Origin: Prorocentrum cordatum
Lineage: Eukaryota
Length of the DNA: 64,000 nt
Reading direction: 5' to 3'
Assembly (NCBI GenBank): GCA_963575745.1
Contig: CAUYUJ010000196.1
Location: 1 to 64,000, forward strand
Below, one piece after another: positions 58,237 to 64,000 of this stretch (positions within the stretch are counted from its first letter, which is position 1; each line of letters begins with the position of its first letter). The notes under the pieces were generated by a model that did not search any database, had not been told where the DNA came from, and saw nothing but the letters and a program-made list of their open reading frames with translations. Both the position numbers and the translations under genes were made by a program.

Positions 58237-58250
58237 TTCGGCTGATAGCC
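58237..58250 (-). promoter_or_regulatory. Putative primer-binding site GGCTATCAGCCGAA (non-TGG, anticodon-arm type)
   Basis: Begins exactly at the inner end of the 5' LTR. It resembles the GGTTATGGGCC-type PBS of copia elements primed by tRNA halves. Confidence 0.4.
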
Positions 58251-58596
58251 AATCTTTCCTCTGAGAACCGGGGTAAGATGACGAAGGAATTAAGATCTCA
58301 TGTTCACTCTGCTCAGCGAGAGAGGGTACGGGATGAGACATCGATAAGACAAGTAACCAGTAAGCAAATTTACTCTATCAGGAATGGTAAGTGAGGTGGC
58401 CGGCCGGCCGACAACACGACGACGACGCGGGGGCGACCCCGCGGCGCGCGCGCGAGCGAACCAGCTGGCACCTTTTATCTCATGTAAGCAAACATGCAGC
58501 TGCGGATACTCACCGCAATCATAGCCAGACAGTGCGCAGCAATGCACATGATACAACAAGCACTAGTAATATGAGGCAGAGAGGAGCTTATTTACT
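58251..58596 (-). repeat. 5' LTR (346 bp)
   Basis: Direct repeat of 35391-35736. Confidence 0.95.
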
Positions 58597-59255
58597 AAAG
58601 CTCGGCCTCCGACTCCTCGGAGATAGCGGAACTGTCCTCCACGAAATCGAAGATGGGTTCCTCGGGTAGCGCACTCCAAAAGCCATCCACGAACTCGTCC
58701 ACTTCCGCGGAAAGGCGAACGATGCCCGGGATACAGTCCTCGCGCCGCGCACCAAGGCCAGGCCAGGCCCATGCCGGGCCCGGCGAAGCATGCGGCGCCC
58801 GCCGCCGCCACGCCGAACCCGCAGGCGCCGGCATGGAGGGCGGCGTTCCGCCGCAACTTCTCCAGCCAGGTGGGCTCGGGGCCCCGCAGCATGGCCGAAA
58901 GGGCCGGCAAGAGGGCCCGGAGCCGCTGCGCCATCTCCGCGTCGCTGATGAAGACCTCCAGGGCCGCCTCCGCCGCAGCAAGCTGCCCGCGGACGCCCTT
59001 GAGTTCGTCCACGCGCTTGGCCACGGCACGGTCGGCGGACCAGGGCGAAGCACGGCCGGCTGCGGCAGAGCGCGCGGGGCGGAGAAAGGCTCCGTTCTCC
59101 AGTGCCATCGTATCCGTGAGCTAAACACCCCCCATCCCCCCGTTTCCCACACGCCCGCCGCGTTGTCCCGTGAAACAGGGTCGCAGGGTACGCCGAGGGG
59201 CAGGGTCCAGGAGGTGGCGGTCTGCGGATAAGGCCTGAGCCAAAATGGATACGGA
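58597..59255 (-). pseudogene. 5' part of the SL-headed element or retrocopy disrupted by the copia insertion
   Basis: SL followed by an ORF (MALENG...LRRNAALHA). The frame ...SEESEAEL joins YGGVASGCRGLEEL... at 35385 when the copia and one TSD are removed. Confidence 0.65.
59234..59255 (-). other. Near-perfect dinoflagellate spliced leader
   Basis: Minus strand TCCGTATCCATTTTGGCTCAGG versus DCCGTAGCCATTTTGGCTCAAG: 20/22. Confidence 0.9.
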
Positions 59256-59944
59256 CAGCTGGGAGGAGGGAGAGGAGGGGGAGGAGGAGGAGGAGAAGGA
59301 GGAGGAGGAGGAGGAGGAGCTGTAGGTGGTGGTGGGGGGGGAGGGAAAATGAACGGGACGACAGAGGCGGCGCGGCGGGAAGCGCGCGACGCAGGCCTCT
59401 CGCCGGCGGCGGGGGCATGTCGAGCCTCCGGCAGGGCTCCCAGAAGCGAGCACGCGCGCATCGCTGCAGAGACACCGTTCTCCTCGTCCACCTTTCTCCC
59501 TCCCCCTCGTCCTCCTCCATTCGCCTGACCCTCTCCTTCCCTGTGTTCCACTGCTGTATCCTCCCCCATCCTCATCCTCCTCAGTCCCCCTCACTATTCC
59601 TCTCCCCCCTTCTCCCTCCTCCTACTCCTCCAAACCCTCCTCCTCCTCCTCCTCCTCCTCCTTTTCCTTCTCATCCTCCATGCTCCCTCCTGCCTGCACC
59701 CTCCTCTTCCTCCCTCATTCCTGCTTCTCTCCTCCTCATCCTCATCCATCGCTCGTCCTTTACAAAAACTTCTCCTCGTCGCACCACCAAACGTGTCAGT
59801 AAGGCGGGCTGGATGTTTCGCCTAAGATTTACTCACCGCGAATGGTCCTGAAGATTGATCGCTCCGACCGCCGCACAAATATGTAGGGCGGGTGTCTTTC
59901 AAAATGTGGGCTCTGCAATAGCCCCGCGCATATTCGTACACGCA

Positions 59945-60804
59945 AGCCAGCGTGGACTCCAAACAATGATGTCCTACAATCTATGCGGTGCAACCTAAGT
60001 GGTGCAATCAATGTGGTGCAATCTGGGCGGTGCATTCTAGGTGGCGTCCCCTATGTGTCGGAAATCCATACAAACAAAAAACGCAACGCAATGCGAAGCA
60101 ATGCAAAGCAATGCAACGCGATGCAGATCTATGCGAACCGATGCAAAGCAATGCAACGCAGAGCAATGGCAAGTAATGCGATGACGGGCAATGCAATGCA
60201 AATCAGTGACGAGCATTGTTCAGCCATGAAAAGCAATGCACTGAAACTCAAAGCATTGCGAAGCATTCCGAAGCAATGCCAAGCAATACGAAACAATGCG
60301 AAACACATCTATGCATATTGACTGGGCCTGGTTGTTGGTCTGGCCCGCTTGCGGCGGCCCGTCAGCGCCGTCTCCGCAGTCCTTGGTCACGATGCTACCT
60401 GCGCGAAACTCGCACTTTGGACTGCTTCGTGCATTGCATTGTGTTTCTGTCTCGCATTGCCTTGTATTGTTTTGCATTGCTTCGCATTGCCTTGTATTGC
60501 TGTGCATCGTCTGGCATCGCATTACTTCTCAGTGATGAGTTGAAGTGTTGTGCATTGGTTTACGCTGGCCTGCATCGCAGTTCTGCGCGTTGCATCGCAT
60601 TGCCTTGCTTTGTATGGCTATGCAATACATCCCATTGCGTTGAGTTGCTTTGCGGGTGTCTGCATCGCGTTGCATTGCGTTGCATTGTTTCGCAGTGCGT
60701 TGCGCCACATAGACCGCACCACCTGGATTGCACCAGCCAGATTGCACCACCTAGGCTGGAACGCATGGACTGTAGGAAATCAGTGTTTGGGGCCCACGCT
60801 GGCT
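59945..60804. repeat. Foldback structure: two ~375-bp inverted arms containing (GCAAT)n-like repeats around a ~100-bp spacer
   Basis: Left arm agccagcgtggactccaaacaatgatgtcctaca... matches the reverse complement of the right arm, agccagcgtgggccccaaacactgatttcctaca.... Confidence 0.85.
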
Positions 60805-61736
60805 AACATGTCGTTTGTCCTATTCGCACTCCTTATGGTTAGAAGGGTTCACATGAACCCTTTTCCACAACGGGGCTGTCGCACGGAAGGTAGAACCGGT
60901 GGGAATCCGTCTTTCATGAGGGCGCTTCTCTGGATAAGCAGGAAGGCCTTTGGGAACGTATGAGGGGACTTGGGACGGGATGATTTGGCATCGATGATGC
61001 AGTCTGGGATTGCTCTGGTCCTCATCCATCCACCAGCTAGGGCATGTTAAACACACCAGACCCTGGGAACACCTCCGACAAACATTCGGACATCCCTCGT
61101 CTCCCTCCTTCAGCCTCGCCCTGCGTCTACCTTGTTACTCGGCTCCTTCACGGAGTGGAGACAGAGGCAAGTCTTAAGCTCCCCTCTGCTATGCACGCTG
61201 TACTCAAAAGCGAAATCCCGAGTCTAAATGATGCGGATACCACGAGTGCATTATGCAGCAGACGCGCGCGTGGATCCAAGCAGTACGGGCACAAACCAGA
61301 CTGGGTTGCGACAAGATCAGGGTCGCTTGGCCCAAGGCTCACCGTGAGCTGGCGTCGCCCTCCCTCCCTCCTCCCTTCAAGTAGCCCGTCTTGATCGACC
61401 TTCGCCTCCCTCGGAGTTCCCCCTGGAGGCCTCCAGAGGCGCCACGAGGTCCCAGGCGGCGCACGGAGCCCAGACAGGGGCCAAGAGCGGTCAAGGTCCT
61501 CGATGGCCCAGGATCCCCGATCCTCCCCCGAGCGACGGCGAGGACCTCTGCGGAGACGAGGCGCAGCAACGACCCTTGATGGTAGACACCACCCACCATC
61601 GCGAGGAGACCTGGGGGGTCCTCCTGGTTGTGTGCTCCCCTTGCCTTGCGGCGTCCCGCTCGGGAAATGTCCAACCTCCAGCACGGGCATGCCTCGTTCG
61701 CAGGAGGGCGGGCCGCTGGTGGTGGTTGTCGTTTCT

Positions 61737-61920
61737 CTACAGTCGGACCTAGGCCAGAGGAGCATCCCGCAAGAACATGAGACCCTCCGTCGGCCAAAAC
61801 GCACAGAACGGCCAAGGGTATCCTCCCCAGTATGCACAAAAACATCCAACACACACGAAGAACACTGGGGTACCCTCCCCGAACGGACCTCGATGTTACA
61901 CCTCGGTCCGACTGTACACT
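61737..61920 (+). repeat. Dispersed repeat, copy 2 (see 15055-15231)
   Basis: Same conserved blocks as copy 1. Confidence 0.8.
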
Positions 61921-63153
61921 TCTGGAGGTCTGCGCGGATTTCTTGGATCGGGGCTGGGCCCCACTCCCTGGCGCGCGGAGCGCGCCACGGACGGCGCCAG
62001 AGGCGCCACCAGGGGTCCCAGAGCCCGATGCAAGAATGCCGCGCGTACCTCCGAAAGTGTACGCTTACGCAGTTTTCCTTCGTCGAGCACCGCGGACCTC
62101 CTCGCCTGAGTGGCCCCCGTGGCGGCGGTTCGACTGTACCCCCTCGGCCCACCACACCTCGCAGTCGACCCCTGGACCTGTCCAGGGGTGCATCGTGGTC
62201 AAGTTTTCGATGAAGCTCCGTCCGCGGAGACGAGCCGCCGCCGCGGCCGCCACCGTCGTCCACCGCCGCCGCCGCCGCCATCGTCTACCGTCCTCGTCCT
62301 CGTCCTCGTCCTCGTCGCCGTCGTCGTCGTCGTCGTCGTCGTCGCCCCCCGTGTGCACCACGGCCACAAATTCGGTGGAGGTCCGGCCGCGGTGGCGAGG
62401 GCACCGCAGGGCGCGCCACCAAGGCGCACGGCGTCCGAAAAGCCTCGAGCCTCGACTCCCCGTCGCTCGGACGTCCATTCCCTGTGTTTTTTTCGGTTTC
62501 GTGCGCGGTTTTTGTCGCAGGATGATCCAGGGTGCTCGTTCATAATTCGCGCCGAGAAAAAGTGCACACGTCCGAGCGACACCAGGCCAAGGCGCACGGC
62601 GTCCGAAAAGCCTCGAGCCTCGAGAGCCTCGAGGGCCTCGAGACCGACGCCGACGCCTCTGGCGGCCCCTCCGCGGCGCCTCTCGGGCACGCGGCGGTCG
62701 GCCTCCGGCGGTGCGGGGCGCGCCTGGCGCGGGAGCGCGGCCGGGCGCCCCGCCCTCGTCCGCTGGCGCGGAACGGAAGAGCGAGGATCCTCCCCCTCCT
62801 CCTCCTCCTCCTCCTCCTCCTCCTCCTCCTCCTCCTCATCCAGCTCTCTTCCTTCCCTCCCTCCGTCTCCTCCTCCTTCCTGCTCCCCCCTTTCCCTCCT
62901 CGTCATCATCACCCTTCCTCTCCGGGAACTCGAGGAACAGGCGAGGGAGAGCGAGGAGCGGGCAAGGGGGAGAAGGCGGAGAGTGTGCAAAGCGGGTGAT
63001 GGGCTGGGTCCGCCGGCCCAGCTCCAGGAGGCAAAGGCAGACATCGCGGATGGGGAGGCTCGAAGAATAACGGTGACAGGAACGAGGGGCAGGAGAAGGA
63101 TGGAATGAATGAGTGCAAGCCAGGTGTCGAAGCACATGGGCAGCAATGCGACA

Positions 63154-64000
63154 CTATGGGCAGTAGTGTCGCACAGCGGCTTTCCAGGCTTCTGCTGGGA
63201 TTGCCGCGAGCTGTCGAAAATCATACGCATTGCTCTCGCAGACTCTCTTCGCATGCTTGTACAATTCATTCGTCCATGACTGTCTCGGCCTGCCCCGGGG
63301 TCGTCTGCCGGCCGGCGGACGCAGCTCCGAAGAAGACGGCTGGAAGACCGCACGCCGCACAGGATGATCAACCGGTTGCCGGGCAATCTGCGCAAAAAGA
63401 CATAATTGACGGTGCAACAAGATGCGGCTCAACGGCGGCCGGCGGGCCCTGTCCAGAACTTCAGCGTTCGAGATACGACTAATGTATGAATGCGGTATCC
63501 TTAACACCTTCCTCAGACACCGCACGCGGAAGCTGTCGAGCTTGGCCAACTCATGTTTCCGGAGCCACGCCGCGTGCAATCCGTACAGCAACTTTGTCTG
63601 CACGCAGTCTTCGAAGATCTGCAACTTCCGTTGTGTGGACAAGGTGGAATGAGACCAGACTCGGGCAAGGGTGTCGAACTCAGCCCTGGCGCAACCAAGT
63701 CGCCTGCTCAGCTCGGAAGCGATCGATCCATCCGCAGCCAAAACACTCCCCAAATAAACCATGGAGTCCTTTTTGGGGATCTGGGCGCCGTCTGGACTCG
63801 TCACGCCCCCCTGGCACCAGATTGTCAGCAATTCAAGCTTCCCCCAATTGAATTTGAGGCCGTAGTTCGTGCCAGCGGCAGCAATAGCTGTCATGTACTC
63901 CTGCGCGCGCTCCGTGCTAGTGGCTACGATGAGCGTGTCATCAGCGTGCACGAGATCCTCCGCGCCCCCCATGCGGTCGCCCAGCGTGACCCGGGCGTCG
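63154..64000 (-). mobile_element. Non-LTR retrotransposon (RTE-like LINE): RT C-terminal half, entering from the window edge
   Basis: LVHADDTLIV (YADD equivalent), GLKFNWGK, YLGSVL, KLLYGL, RCLRKVLRI, RPRGRPRQSW. Confidence 0.9.

Larger units (their letters stand above)
35391..58596 (-). mobile_element. Full-length giant Ty1/copia LTR retrotransposon (23,206 bp) with ~12 kb of cargo; decayed by stops and frameshifts
   Basis: Two 346-bp direct repeats, TSD AGAGC/AAAGC, PPT, and domain order gag-PR-IN-RT-RNase H. Confidence 0.93.

Noticed and set aside
35391..58596. Plus-strand ORFs within the copia element
   Set aside because: Antisense shadows of the minus-strand coding sequence, with no motifs.
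61040..61100. EVFPGSG as an MTase motif I
   Set aside because: No downstream PC or other motifs, and stops follow immediately.
62915..63060. Possible plus-strand micro-exons (LRELEEQ; LQEAKADIADGE) ending at AG|GC
   Set aside because: Plausible for dinoflagellate genes but too short to support without transcripts.

Overview
Eukaryotic, GC-rich, repeat-saturated DNA, almost certainly from a dinoflagellate: it has a 20/22 match to the dinoflagellate spliced leader at 59234-59255 plus three weaker relics. I could not confidently identify any host gene, and the window is a nest of mostly decayed mobile elements. (i) 1-~8590: a minus-strand DIRS-like retrotransposon with a Gag-like ORF, a C5 DNA methyltransferase and RT-RNase H, running off the window. 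It interrupts (ii) ~8590-13923, the 5' part of an LTR retrotransposon (LTR, gag, CCHC knuckle, protease). (iii) 14-32 kb: microsatellites, a tandem duplication, and two related non-autonomous elements that each carry a 77-bp tandem array. (iv) 35391-58596: a complete 23.2-kb Ty1/copia element with 346-bp LTRs, non-canonical AGT...ACT termini and a 5-bp TSD. After PR-IN-RT-RNase H it carries ~12 kb of same-strand cargo: a C5 DNA methyltransferase, an SGNH esterase, a possible ADP-ribosyltransferase and a Tpt1/KptA RNA 2'-phosphotransferase-like domain. It sits inside a spliced-leader-headed, decayed LINE-like element. (v) A foldback element at ~60 kb and an RTE-like LINE RT at the right edge. 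The giant cargo-carrying copia is the best candidate for an undescribed system. All domain calls are by-eye motif recognition; no database search was run.
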